DNA from: Gemmatimonadota bacterium
GTDB taxonomy: Bacteria; Gemmatimonadota; Gemmatimonadetes; Longimicrobiales; Gaopeijiaceae
Assembly (NCBI GenBank): GCA_039589315.1
Contig: JBDHHQ010000013.1
Span: 147,125-211,124, forward strand
Reading direction: 5' to 3'
Length of the DNA stretch: 64,000 nt
Part shown: positions 27,929 through 39,000 of the stretch, one piece after another
Layout: the number at the start of each line of letters is the position of its first letter
Position numbering within the stretch: position 1 is the first letter of the stretch
Notes under the pieces: model-generated
The model's input: only the letters and a program-made list of their open reading frames with translations
Databases searched by the model: none
Told to the model about the DNA's origin: nothing
Position numbers and translations under genes: made by a program

Positions 27929-28342
27929 ATGCGTTGTTCGGCTCGCGTGTTCGGTCTCGGCAGCCTCGCGATCGTCGTGGGATCCGTCTCCGGCGTGGTG
28001 GCGGCCTCGGAGACGGGTCTGCACCTGGCTCTGGAGAAGTCGTCTCCGGCCGAGGATGCAGTCCTCGACAGCGCGCCAACAGAGATCCGCCTGTTCTTTT
28101 CCCAGGAGCCACAGGCCGCAGGGACCTCTCTGCGCCTCATGGCCGCCGACTCGACCCGCGTCTCCACCGGCGACCCAGAGCCCTCGGCGGACGACACCGC
28201 GGTCTTCTCGGCTCCAGTGACCGGCGCGATGCCCGACGGGTCGTACACGGTCGTCTGGCGCGCGATGGCGAAGGACGGACACGTGGTTCGAGGCGAGTTC
28301 TCCTTCACGCTCGTTGCGGCCGACGGCGCCCCGGACCGCTGA
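27929..28342 (+). CDS. copC: Copper resistance protein CopC
   Basis: Signal peptide, HLALEKSSP, YTVVWRAMAKDGHVVRGEFSF. Confidence 0.88.
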   Translation: MRCSARVFGLGSLAIVVGSVSGVVAASETGLHLALEKSSPAEDAVLDSAPTEIRLFFSQEPQAAGTSLRLMAADSTRVSTGDPEPSADDTAVFSAPVTGAMPDGSYTVVWRAMAKDGHVVRGEFSFTLVAADGAPDR

Positions 28343-28398
28343 CCGGCGCCGGGCCGATGGCGCGTCATCCCGGCGCCTCCTCTCTGCGGGCTTGAGGC

Positions 28399-29331
28399 GT
28401 GGCCACGGACTCCCCTCTGGCACTGATCGGCCGGTGGCTCCTCTTCTCGGGCACCCTTGCCTGGGTCGGAGCCGGGACCGTCCGGTGGGGACTGCTCCCC
28501 GTGTGGTCCCGCGGCGCTGGATCCCCCGAGCCCCTTCGGGGCGCGCTGACCCGTGGGGCGGCTCGCGCCGGCGTCCTGGGCGGCCTCTTCCTGCTGGCCG
28601 GAGTCGTGTCCCGGCTGCAGACGCAGGTCGCCGACTTCGTCGACCCCTTCGACCCCGCCGGCCCTCAGGTCCGCCTGCTACTGACGGCCACCCTGTGGGG
28701 CAAGGTGTGGATCACGCAGGCCCTGCTCACCGCGGTCGGCCTGGTGGCCTTTGTGGCCGTGTTGGCGGGGCGGGGAAGGGTCGGGTGGGGTGCGGCTGGT
28801 GTGGCCGCCGTGGGGGTGGGTGCGATGCCGGCCCTCTCGGGGCACGCCGTCGGCAGCGAGAGCCTCACTACGCTCGCCGTGCTGGCCGACGTGCTTCACG
28901 TGCTGGCGGCGGGCGCCTGGATCGGGGGGCTGCTCGTCGTGGTAGCCGCGGTGGCATCCGGCCGAGCTTGGCGTGCGGACCCCGCCGGTCGAGCTCAGGT
29001 AGCCCGGCTGATCGGCCTGTTCTCGCCCATGGCGCTGGCGGCCGCGGCAGCGATCGTGGTCACCGGCCTGTTCGCCACCTGGCTCCACCTGTCCAGCGTG
29101 GAGGCCTTCCTGGGCACGGGGTACGGACTCGCCGTCCGCCGGAAGCTCATGCTCGTGGCCCTCGTGTTGGGGGCGGGCGCCTACAACTGGCGGCGCGTGA
29201 AGCCCAGGCTCGCGGACCCCGGGGGGCCCGACCGGTTGCTGCGGTCGGCGATCCTGGAGCTGATCCTGGCGGGGCTAGTGCTGCTGGCCACTTCGGTGCT
29301 GGTGGTGACTCCGCCTGCCATGGACATGTGA
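28399..29331 (+). CDS. copD: Copper resistance membrane protein CopD
   Basis: SGHA, HVLAAGAWIGGL, FS...VTG, YG..KL motifs; follows copC. Confidence 0.88.
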   Translation: MATDSPLALIGRWLLFSGTLAWVGAGTVRWGLLPVWSRGAGSPEPLRGALTRGAARAGVLGGLFLLAGVVSRLQTQVADFVDPFDPAGPQVRLLLTATLWGKVWITQALLTAVGLVAFVAVLAGRGRVGWGAAGVAAVGVGAMPALSGHAVGSESLTTLAVLADVLHVLAAGAWIGGLLVVVAAVASGRAWRADPAGRAQVARLIGLFSPMALAAAAAIVVTGLFATWLHLSSVEAFLGTGYGLAVRRKLMLVALVLGAGAYNWRRVKPRLADPGGPDRLLRSAILELILAGLVLLATSVLVVTPPAMDM

Positions 29332-29425
29332 CGGGCCCCGCAGACGCGTTCGACGACAGGGACCGAGGGACAGATCGGGCGTCGGGGCCTGGGACCGATT
29401 GTCCGGGCGGACGCCCGGGTGGGCC

Positions 29426-30748
29426 TCAGGGGCTCCCGCCGGGCAGCACCACGTCGATCCAGACCATGCGGTGGTCGGACGCTGCCTCCGCCAACGCGGC
29501 CCCTTCCGCGTCCTCGTCCGGGTCCGGCCAGAACACTCCCCCACCCGACACCGTCAGGTCGCTGCTGGGGAGCAGGTAGTCGACGCGGACGCCGCCCAGA
29601 AACGAGGCGGTGGCGCGCTCCGGGTAGTCGGGCGCACCGGGCGCTCGGCCCTGCAGCCCCCCTCGGCTCCGGGTGATGTCCCCGGGATCCTGGATGCGCG
29701 GATGATCGAGAAGCTGGGCAATGGCCGGTAGGCCGTCGTAACGGGACTCGGTCGCGCCGGGCTGGGCGTTCAGGTCTCCGGCGATGATGAACGGGGCGTC
29801 GCCGCTGAAGCCACCGCTGCGTCCCTGGTCGTCGTATAGTCCGTCGGAGCCCTCCAGGTACAACGTCCAGAAGCGGATCTCGTCGAAGTTGCGACGGCCG
29901 TTCCGGTCCTCGTCGCCGTCGAATACCGGAGGCGTCGGGTGACTCGCCCAGATGTGCAGGACCTGGCCGTCGTCGATGACGATGGGAAGATCCCAGTGGG
30001 ACTTGGACGACAGCGGGAGAAGAGCCTCCACCTCGGCGCTGTAGAAGTCCGGCGGCATGTGGTGGCCGGGCAGATCCCGCCACAGGAACGAGCGGAAAGT
30101 CCTGCTGCCCGCGCCGTCCATGGGATACCGTGACAGCACTACCATGGCGTACTGCCCGCGGTAGGTCCCGAATCCCCAGGCGTCCTCCCCGTATTCCCGG
30201 CTTCCCTGGTCCGCCTCGGTAGCCACCTTGCCGTCTCCGTTCAGGTCGAGGCCGGAGAGGACGCCGGTGTTGTTGGGCGCGATGAGCACGTACGGATAGT
30301 CGAGGGGCGCCTCGCCGGTCTTCAGGTAGAAGTCGGCGAAGCGGTGCGCATACGCGCTGAGTCCCCGGACCCCCTGTTCCCAATAGTGATCCAGCTCGTT
30401 GAGCACGAGCACGTCGGGGCGGATGCGCTGGATGATGGTGGCGGCGGCACGGGCCTGAGGGTGGGTGCCAGCGCCCGTCTCGTCGCGCTGGAAGATCTTC
30501 TCGCGGTCGAGCTCCTGGATGTTGAACGTCGCGACGCGCACGAAGTCCCGCTCGGGCCAGGGCGGAATGGCTGGCTCCGCGGCCTCTCGATCGGCCGCGC
30601 CCACCTCCTCCGACCTGTCGGCCGGCGCACATGCGGCGATCAGGGCCAGCGCGAGAGCGACCGCGCCGGCGTGGAGCGTCGCGCGCTGCCGCGCTCTCCC
30701 TACCACCGGCCCGGGTGCGCCGTGAGCCCCCCCAGGGCTTCCCCTCAT
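29426..30748 (-). CDS. Endonuclease/exonuclease/phosphatase family lipoprotein
   Basis: RVATFN, PDVLVLNE, LSSKSHWD, SHPTPPVFD, GDLN, RVDYLLPS, SDHRMVW; exact start uncertain. Confidence 0.88.
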   Translation of the reverse strand: MRGSPGGAHGAPGPVVGRARQRATLHAGAVALALALIAACAPADRSEEVGAADREAAEPAIPPWPERDFVRVATFNIQELDREKIFQRDETGAGTHPQARAAATIIQRIRPDVLVLNELDHYWEQGVRGLSAYAHRFADFYLKTGEAPLDYPYVLIAPNNTGVLSGLDLNGDGKVATEADQGSREYGEDAWGFGTYRGQYAMVVLSRYPMDGAGSRTFRSFLWRDLPGHHMPPDFYSAEVEALLPLSSKSHWDLPIVIDDGQVLHIWASHPTPPVFDGDEDRNGRRNFDEIRFWTLYLEGSDGLYDDQGRSGGFSGDAPFIIAGDLNAQPGATESRYDGLPAIAQLLDHPRIQDPGDITRSRGGLQGRAPGAPDYPERATASFLGGVRVDYLLPSSDLTVSGGGVFWPDPDEDAEGAALAEAASDHRMVWIDVVLPGGSP

Positions 30749-30818
30749 TTGCGCGTTCCCCTCGACCGTTGTTGGTTTCCCCTCTCCCCTCCCACCCACA
30801 TCCGCAGGGAAGACAACC

Positions 30819-32387
30819 ATGAGGCTATCCCCCGGATTCAATGACCGCCAGCCGAGTCCGCCCCGGCGCGGCGACTCCGAAGAGCCCCGGCAGCCCACGG
30901 CAGGTCGGGGGCCGTGGGTGCCGGGAGCGAAGGGCTTCGCGGCGGCGGGAGCGATCGCCCTCTGCCTGGTGTCGTCGTGTGGTCCCGCCGAGGCGCCCCG
31001 ATCGGACGACGCGGCCGGGGCGGACGAGGCGCCGCCCTATGCGCCGGAGGGCACGCCCGTGGAGTTGGGACTGGCGGGGTGGGCCAAGGTCCTGTGCTCC
31101 GCCGTGTTCGTGTCGGGCAGGGATCCGGACGAGGCCTTCGTCAACAGCGGCTTCTTCTTCATGGAACCGTCGGACCGGCCCCTGGTGAGCGGCCGCGTCA
31201 TCGACCGCGATTCGGGTTCGGTCACGCTCACGTGGGCCGACTCCATCAGCCGGACGGCTCGGTTCCACGGCGACCAGGGCTGCGTCATCGACACCGAGGC
31301 GGGCATCGCCTTCACCCCCGTTCCGGTCGCCAGCACGCTCCCCGATCCGGCCACCCAGGATTGGCCCATGGGGGACCGGGTGCCGGAAGCGCCCTTCCCC
31401 GCCGACGTGGACGGACAGCAGCTCGCCGCAGCGGTGCAGACGGCGTTTGCCGACACCGCCAGCCTCACGGCCGCGTTCCTGGTGGTCCACAGGGGCCGGA
31501 TCCTGGCCGAGCGGTACATGCCCGGCATCGGCCGGGACACCCAGCTCGAGAGCTGGTCCATGGGCAAGAGCCTCACCGCTACGCTCGTGGGCATCCTGAT
31601 ACGGGAGGGTCACTTCGGCCTCGCCGATCCGGCTCCGGTGCCCGAGTGGCGGGAGGGCCCCGACGACCCCCGCGCCGCCATCCGGATCGCCGACCTGCTC
31701 CAGATGTCCAGCGGGCTGCGCTTCATCGCGCCCCGGGACCCGGACTACACACCGGACAAGGGGTACCCGGACCACATGTACATCTACACGGGCGCCATCG
31801 ACGCCTTCCACCACTCCGTGACTCGTCCGCTCCAGTTTCCTCCGGCCACGGAGGGGCGGTATCGCAACTCCGATCCCCTGACTCTGGGCTACGTCGTACG
31901 CCGGACCGTGGAGAGTCTGGGCGAGGAGTATCACACCTGGCCGCAGCGGGCGCTCTTCGATCGCATCGGTATCCGCCGCCAGGTGCTGGAACCGGATCCC
32001 TTCGGGAATTTCCTGCTCACGGGCTACGACTACGGCACCGCTCGGAACTGGGCACGGCTGGGGCTGCTCTACCTCCAGGACGGCGTCTGGCAGGGCGAGC
32101 GGGTCCTTCCGGAGGGCTTCGTCGACTTCGTGAGCACCCCCGCGCCCGCCTGGACCGTGCCGGTGTACGGCGGTCTGTTCTGGATCAACGGCACCGGGGA
32201 GTGGAACCTGCCCCGCGACGCCTACTTCATGGCTGGGGGCGGCGGTCAGAGGACCTTCGTGGTTCCAAGCCGCGATCTGGTTGTCGTTCGCCTGGGGCAC
32301 TTCCGCGGCAGCGGGCCCGGGATGCGGGCGTTGAACCAGGCACTCGGTCTGCTGATGGAGGCGGTCCCGGAGGTCCGGGGGCGGTAG
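30819..32387 (+). CDS. Serine hydrolase, beta-lactamase class C-like (lipoprotein)
   Basis: SWSMGKS (SxxK), LLQMSSGL, YRN, ARLGLLYLQDGVW, GGGGQ; start may be downstream. Confidence 0.88.
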   Translation: MRLSPGFNDRQPSPPRRGDSEEPRQPTAGRGPWVPGAKGFAAAGAIALCLVSSCGPAEAPRSDDAAGADEAPPYAPEGTPVELGLAGWAKVLCSAVFVSGRDPDEAFVNSGFFFMEPSDRPLVSGRVIDRDSGSVTLTWADSISRTARFHGDQGCVIDTEAGIAFTPVPVASTLPDPATQDWPMGDRVPEAPFPADVDGQQLAAAVQTAFADTASLTAAFLVVHRGRILAERYMPGIGRDTQLESWSMGKSLTATLVGILIREGHFGLADPAPVPEWREGPDDPRAAIRIADLLQMSSGLRFIAPRDPDYTPDKGYPDHMYIYTGAIDAFHHSVTRPLQFPPATEGRYRNSDPLTLGYVVRRTVESLGEEYHTWPQRALFDRIGIRRQVLEPDPFGNFLLTGYDYGTARNWARLGLLYLQDGVWQGERVLPEGFVDFVSTPAPAWTVPVYGGLFWINGTGEWNLPRDAYFMAGGGGQRTFVVPSRDLVVVRLGHFRGSGPGMRALNQALGLLMEAVPEVRGR

Positions 32388-32506
32388 CGGCCCACCAACC
32401 GGGCCACCGGCCCTTCGGGCGCCGAATCCAGACCGTCCCAACAAGAGACCCCGATGCGGCATCCAAAAGGTCGGCAAGCCCCTCCCGACCTGTAGAGGAT
32501 GTCGAG

Positions 32507-33658
32507 ATGAGACCGTCGCCCACCGCTCTCGCCGCTGCCGTGCTGTCGGCCGTTGTGTCCGCCGCGTCCCTCCCCGCCCAGACCGTCGAGGGGACCTGGG
32601 AGGGCCGTTTCCGTGTGGGCGCGGATCCCGTCGCCCGAATCCAGCTCACGGCCGACTGGGACGGCGAGGACGGGACCTACAACACCACCGTGCGACTCTC
32701 GGAGGCCGAGCAGCGATCCCTCGCCAGTGAGGCACTCGCCAGTGCTCCCGGCGCCTTCTTCCGGGAGATCAGGCGTGAAGCGGGGACGATCCGGCTGGAG
32801 GGCCGGATCCGGGACGGAAAAGGCGTGGGCATGTTCGAGTTCGAGCCCGATGCGTCATTCCCGGGTCGCATGGCCGACCTCGGGTACGGAGGCATGGACG
32901 AAGAGGAGGTGTTCTCGGCCGCCGTGCACGACGTCGGGCCCCGGTGGGCCCAACAGCTCGCTGGGGTGGGATTCGGCCGCGTCGACCTGGACGACCTGTT
33001 CGCCACGGCCATTTTCGACGTGGACCCCGACTTCCTGCGGGAGATGGCTTCTGTCGGCCTGGATCGGCTGGAGCTCGAGGACTACGTCGCCCTCCGGGTC
33101 CACCGGATCGACGCGGCGTACGTGCGAGAAGCTCGCTCGCTGGGCTTCGGCGATCTGGATCACGAGGACGTCGTGGCCATGCGCATCCACGGCGTGGACG
33201 GCGAGTCCATGCAGGACCTCGCCGACCTCGGCTTCGAGCTCACTCGCCTGGACGACGCCCTGGCCTTCCGGATTCACGGGATCGACGGCGCCTTCGTGGA
33301 GGACGCCCGAGGCTTGGATCTGGGCAGCCTCTCCGCGGATGACCTGGTGGCGATGAAGATCCACGGCGTGGGCCGGACGACCCTCGAGGACGCCGAGGCC
33401 ATGGGATTCGGCGCTGTGGACCTGGACGATCTCCTGAGTATGAAGATCCACGGCGTGAGCCGGCGCTTCGTCCAGGGCATGGCCGATGTCGGCCACGCTC
33501 CGGACGACCTGGACCAGGCTCTCTCGTTCCGCATCCACGCCGTGACGCCGGACTTCGTGAGGGAGCTGGAGGATCTGGGGTATCAGGACCTCACCAGCGA
33601 GGATCTGGTCTCCATTCGCATCCACGGCATGGACCGGATCCTGCGCAAGCGGAGGTAG
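32507..33658 (+). CDS. Exported protein with 8-9 tandem 29-aa (R/K)IHG(V/I) repeats
   Basis: Signal peptide; beta-rich REAG domain; exact 29-residue periodicity in the C-terminal two-thirds. Confidence 0.8.
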   Translation: MRPSPTALAAAVLSAVVSAASLPAQTVEGTWEGRFRVGADPVARIQLTADWDGEDGTYNTTVRLSEAEQRSLASEALASAPGAFFREIRREAGTIRLEGRIRDGKGVGMFEFEPDASFPGRMADLGYGGMDEEEVFSAAVHDVGPRWAQQLAGVGFGRVDLDDLFATAIFDVDPDFLREMASVGLDRLELEDYVALRVHRIDAAYVREARSLGFGDLDHEDVVAMRIHGVDGESMQDLADLGFELTRLDDALAFRIHGIDGAFVEDARGLDLGSLSADDLVAMKIHGVGRTTLEDAEAMGFGAVDLDDLLSMKIHGVSRRFVQGMADVGHAPDDLDQALSFRIHAVTPDFVRELEDLGYQDLTSEDLVSIRIHGMDRILRKRR

Positions 33659-33720
33659 CGGCGGGCGGTGCGACCGGGCGGTGAGAGCTTCGGCGGGGCG
33701 ACCGGGCGGACAGACACGAA

Positions 33721-33840
33721 TCAGGGGCACTGCGGGCAGTAGGCGGATCGAGCCAGGAGGCACGCTTCACACCGGCTGATCGGCTGCTTTGCCAGGGGAA
33801 GGTTTACGCAGCCCACGCCCACGCCCGTCAGCACCCCTGA
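33721..33840 (-). ncRNA. Candidate structured non-coding RNA (unassigned)
   Basis: Long terminal stem (TCAGGGG...CCCCTGA) with G-U pairs only on the minus strand, two internal hairpins, upstream TAGACT -10-like box. Confidence 0.35.
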
Positions 33841-33987
33841 CTGTTGAACACGCGGGAGCGCGAAAGAGATCCCCTCCGCTGGACCACGTTGCCGTTTCGA
33901 GTCTATGGTTGGCCGTTCTGGCGAGCCCGGGGCCGGCGACTTCCCGCCCTGGAGCTTCGCCGCGCCATTGTTCCTCGGAGGACCCGC

Positions 33988-35979
33988 ATGCGGGGTACGG
34001 CGCCGCTGTTCGTCGTGTTCGCCTTTGCTGCATTTTCCCCGGCCGGGGCGCAGTCTCCCTCGTCCGAGGCTCCACATGGGGACCGCCGCGTTCGCTCGAT
34101 CCGCATCGAGCCGGAGCCCCTCACCGTGCAAATGGGCGATACCATCCGCTTCACGGGGGTCACCGTAGACGAGAGCGGAGCCGAGGTGGCCGACGCGGTC
34201 TGGGGCGCCACCGACGGGACCGTCTTCGAGATCCAGCCGGTCGAGGGCGATGGCGCCGATCCAGCGTTCGAGCTGTGGGGCACGGACGTGGGCGAGTCAC
34301 CGATGATGCTGTTCATCGCGGCCCCCACGCAGGACGGGAGCCCCCGGTGGCGCCGCGTCGGCAGCGTGACCGTGACAGTGCGCGACTACCCGGTCGCCGC
34401 CCTGGCCCTCGATCCGCTGCCCTTCGCGCCCTACGCCGGCAGCTCCTTCGCCCTCTCGGGAAGGGTGGTCAACGCCGTCGGACGAGAGCATGCGGAGGCC
34501 CGGATCACGTGGTCCGCCACACCGCCGGACGTGGCCACCGTCGACCTGGCGGGGCGCCTTCACGTACAGGCGCCGGGATCCTTCGAGTTGGTGGCACGCG
34601 CGGACACGGTGGAGGCCACGCTGGCTGTGCAGGCGCTCCCCAACCCGGTGACGCGACTGGAGCTCCCGGACCCGCCGTCCCGGATTCGCACCGGTGACGT
34701 GAGCCGTCTGACGGCCACCGCTCTGGCGTCTGACGGCCGCCGCGTGGCCGACGTGGCCGTCACCTACCAGGTGGAATCCACCGACCTGGCGGCGGCCGGC
34801 GCCTGGATCGGACCGGACGGCACCTTCGTGGCCGAGAGGCCCGGCAGGTACGGCATCTCCGCCACGACCGGCGAGGCTACTGCGCGCGTCGAGTTGGAGG
34901 CGTTTCCCCGGGACGTGGAACAAGTGACCACATTCGTCGCCCACGTGCCCACCGTACGGGCCACCGATGTGTGGGTGTTCGAGGGTCTGGACGGCCGGGA
35001 CTACGCCTACATCGGCACGCTCACGGCAGCCACCATGTACGCCATCGACGTGACCGACCCAGCCGCTCCCGTGATGACCGACTCGGTCACGGCGGACGGT
35101 CGACGCGTCAACGACGTGAAGATCAACGACGACCGCACTCTGGCCATCATCACCAGCGAGAACGCTTCGAACCGACGGAACGGCATCACCCTTCTGGACA
35201 TCAGCGACCCGGCGCACCCTTCGGTCCTTTCCCACTACACCGACGGCCTCACCGGCGGTGTGCACAATGTCTGGTTCGTCGGGGACCTGGTATACGCCGT
35301 CAACGATGGTACCCTGGACGTTCACGTCATCGACGTGTCCGATCCCACCGCTCCCACGGAGGTCGGTCGTTGGGGACTCGACCGGCCCGGCCGCTACCTC
35401 CACGACGTGAGCGTCATCGACGGCCTGGCCTACCTGTCCTACTGGAACGACGGCGTGGTCATCCTGGACGTAGGCGCCGGGATCCGGGGTGGAACCCCCG
35501 TTCAGCCGGTCTTCGTGTCGTCTTACAAATACCGCTACGAGATCAACGGCGCCCAGTACGGAAACACCCATCACGCCATCCGTTACGGAGACTACCTGTT
35601 TCTCGGTGACGAGATCTTCGGGTGCCCGGGGTGCACGGGACCCCGAGGCTACGTGCACGTCGTCGACGTGCGTGAAATCGAACGGCCCCGGGAAGTCGCG
35701 TTCTACCGCGTGCCCGAAGCGGGCAGCCACAACCTCTGGGTCGAGGACGGCCGGCTCTATGTGGCCTACTACCAGGGCGGACTCAGGGTCGTGGACGTGT
35801 CGGGAGAGCTGCGGGGCGACCTGCGCGCGCAGGGCCGGGAGATCGCGTCCTTCGAGACCAGCGGGACCGGCGGTACCATGTCCTGGGGGCCCCAACCGTT
35901 CAAGGGCCACGTCTTCGTGTCGGACATGAACTCGGGGCTGTGGATCGTGAAGCTCGAGCCCGAGCAGGTGGTCCCCTGA
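33988..35979 (+). CDS. Exported Ig-like + LVIVD-repeat beta-propeller protein
   Basis: Signal peptide; Ig-like segments; repeats ATDVWV, VNDVKI, GVHNVW, LHDVSV, GSHNLW, GLRVVDVS. Confidence 0.82.
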   Translation: MRGTAPLFVVFAFAAFSPAGAQSPSSEAPHGDRRVRSIRIEPEPLTVQMGDTIRFTGVTVDESGAEVADAVWGATDGTVFEIQPVEGDGADPAFELWGTDVGESPMMLFIAAPTQDGSPRWRRVGSVTVTVRDYPVAALALDPLPFAPYAGSSFALSGRVVNAVGREHAEARITWSATPPDVATVDLAGRLHVQAPGSFELVARADTVEATLAVQALPNPVTRLELPDPPSRIRTGDVSRLTATALASDGRRVADVAVTYQVESTDLAAAGAWIGPDGTFVAERPGRYGISATTGEATARVELEAFPRDVEQVTTFVAHVPTVRATDVWVFEGLDGRDYAYIGTLTAATMYAIDVTDPAAPVMTDSVTADGRRVNDVKINDDRTLAIITSENASNRRNGITLLDISDPAHPSVLSHYTDGLTGGVHNVWFVGDLVYAVNDGTLDVHVIDVSDPTAPTEVGRWGLDRPGRYLHDVSVIDGLAYLSYWNDGVVILDVGAGIRGGTPVQPVFVSSYKYRYEINGAQYGNTHHAIRYGDYLFLGDEIFGCPGCTGPRGYVHVVDVREIERPREVAFYRVPEAGSHNLWVEDGRLYVAYYQGGLRVVDVSGELRGDLRAQGREIASFETSGTGGTMSWGPQPFKGHVFVSDMNSGLWIVKLEPEQVVP

Positions 35980-36063
35980 GGTCGCCGGTCCCACGGCGTG
36001 CGCCCGGTGGAATGGCCGGTATCGGCGGGATGATCTCACGGTCTTCCAAGGACCGGTGCTGCG

Positions 36064-39000
36064 CTAGCTCGCCCCTGCGCCCTCGAGCTCGGCCACGGTG
36101 CTCTGGACCCGGTCGAGGTCCCGCTGCATGGTGTCCATCTCCTCCCGGAGTTGGTCATAGCGCCCGTGCGCGTCCCGCCCGGGCTTCTGATCGGCCGTGG
36201 TGAGCATGCTGTAGAGGTACTCGATCTGCCGCGTGAGCATGCGCGGTGAATAGCTCGCGCCCTCGGTGACCATGGCCGTGCGAAGGCGCGTCAACTCCTC
36301 CCGAGCCTCCGCCGCGCTGCCGCCGGACGCGCCATCGAGACGCTCGAGGGCTCGCTCGATGGTGGCCTGGGCGTCATATGCCTCGCTCAGCATGTCCCGG
36401 GTCTGGAGCGCCAGCGCCAACTGCTCCTCGAGGTCGGCCTGGGTGACCCCGTCCTTCGCCACCCGGGGATCGATCGTGACGGCGAGATCCGCCGTGCGGG
36501 TTTGCCCACCGACGCTCAGGCGCACCTGATACGCGCCCGGGAGGGCCATCGGACCGGCGCGTTGCTCACCGTCTGCGTCCTGCGGCCCAGGGTGCCGAAG
36601 GTTCCAGTAGAACCGATGTGTGCCGGCCGTCGACGCCACCCGGGGCTCACCCTGGACGCCCTGCCACGGCGCCCGCATGCCCTGCCCCTCGGTCACCTCC
36701 TGGCCGGTACCCTCCGAGGAGAAGGAGCGAACCACGCTCCCGTGGCCGTCCACGATCTCTAGCGTCACCTCGCCCGTCTGGTCGGACGCCAGGTGGTAGT
36801 CGATCATGGCCGGCAGCGTGTGTCCCCCACCGAACTGTCCGGCCGCCATCATGGGATACTGGGGATCCGCCGGAGATGGGCCGTCGCGCATCCCGTCGGT
36901 GCTGAAGCGCGTCCGATGCAGGGACCGCGGCTCGAAGAGGTGGTCGCCACCCGAGGCCATGACCTCGTCGAGCTGATGGAGACGGGTCACGTCGTCCATG
37001 ATCCAGAACGACCGGCCCATGGTGGAAAGCACCAGATCACCCTGGACCACCTTGATGTCGGTGATCGGGGTGACCGGCAGGTTCTGCTGGAACGGCTGCC
37101 AGCTCATGCCGTCGTCGAACGACACGAACATGCCGAACTCGGTGCCGAGGTAGAGCAGGCCCGCACGGTCGGTGTCCTCCCGGATCGCCCGGGTGGGAAA
37201 GTCGGCGGGTACGCCGTTGGCGCCCGTGGTCAGCCGGGTCCAGGTGGCGCCGTAGTCATCGGTCCGGTAGGCGTACGGCTCCCAGTCGCCCAGGAGGTAC
37301 CGGTACCCGGCGAAGTAAGCCTTGCCTGGCGTGTGCGGGGACACGTCTATGGTCTGGATGCGACCCTCGGGCGGCATGTCGGGAGGCGTGATCTCCGTCC
37401 AGCTCTGGCCGCCGTCCCGGGTCACGTGCAGCGGCCCGTCGTTGGCACCGGTGTAGATCACACCAGGCTCGATGGGCGACTCCTCGATGGCGTAGAGGAC
37501 GCTGTAGTGCTCCTCACCGGTGATGTCCCGGGTGATGGGCCTGCCGCTGTAGACCTGCCGCTCCGGCCGGAACGCCGTCAGGTCCGGGCTGATGCGCTCC
37601 CAGGTCTGGCCGCCGTCGGTGGTCGCGTGCACGAACTGGGATCCGTGGTACACCCTGGACGGGTCGTGCGGTGAGACCTCGATGGGCACGACCCGCTGAA
37701 ATCGGTATGGCAGGTCCTTGGGGTTGGCGCCGTACATGTCCACCGCGCCCACGTAGTACTGTTGCTCCATGCCGGTGATGTGGCTGTAGCGGCCGAAGCG
37801 GCCCTTGCAGTTGGAGAAGACGACGTCGGGGTTGCCGGGCTGGGGAACCGCCGGTCCGGTCTCACAACCGCCGATGGCCTTCCAGGCACCCTGCCAACCG
37901 GCCGGGGACCCGTCCTCAGGCGGCATGCTGGGGACCATGATCGTGGTGTTGTCCTGCTGACCGGCGTACAGCCAGTAGGGGTACCGGTCGTCTACGTCGA
38001 TCTGGTACAGCTCGGCGGTGGGCTGGTTCAGCTGGCTCGACCAGGTGTGACCCCCGTCGAGCGTGACGTTGGCACCGCCGTCGTTGGACTGGATGAAGAG
38101 CTCGGGATTGTCCGGGTTGATCCACATGTCGTGGTTGTCGCCGTGGGGCGTCGACACACGGTTCCAGCTCCTCCCGCCGTCGTTGGACCTGTAGAAGCGC
38201 TCGTTGTTGACGTAGACGGTGCTCGCGTCCGTGGGGTCGGCGTCGACATTGGTATAGTAGAACGGACGATTCATGATGCCCGCCTCGGTGCTCACGAGCT
38301 CCCACGTCTCGCCCCGGTCTCCCGACCGGTAGAGGCCTTCCTCCTCATCGATGGCCTCGACGAGGGCGTAGACGATATTCGGGTTGGCCGGCGTGACGGC
38401 CAGGTCGATCTTGCCGATCAGCCCTGCCGGCAGACCGGTCGTCTTCTTCTCCCACGAGTCGCCATAGTCGGTGGACTTGTAGATTCCCCCGACGCCATCG
38501 GCACCCGAGATGATTGACCACGGCTTCCGTTCCGCGCGCCACATTGCGGCGATGACGGTGGACGGGTCGTCTGGAACGAGCTCCAGGTCCACCGCCCCCA
38601 CGCTGTCCGCCACGAAGAGGACCCGCTCCCAGTTCACGCCCCCGTCCCGGCTCCGGTAGACGCCCCGGCGCTCCGACGGACCGAACGCGTGGCCGATGGC
38701 GGCGACATATACGGTATTGGGATCTCGGGGATCGATCTCGACCGCCCCGATCTGCCCCACGTCCTCCAGCCCCACGTGGCTCCACGACTGTCCGGAGTCG
38801 GTGGATTTGTACACGCCCTTGCCGGTGATCACGTTGCTGCGGATTCCGTCCGATCCGGTGCCGACGTACACCGTGGTAGGGTCGGAGCGGGCCACCCGAA
38901 TGGCCCCGATGGAACCGGTGGCGAAGTAGCCGTCCGAGATGTTCTGCCAGGTCGCACCGTAGTTGGTCGTCTTCCAGACCCCACCGCCGGTCGCCCCCAT

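Noticed and set aside
30914..32506. N-terminal 530 aa of the 914-aa ORF 30914-33658
   Set aside because: Arg/Gly/Pro-rich off-frame overlap with the serine hydrolase; the real gene starts at 32507 with a signal peptide
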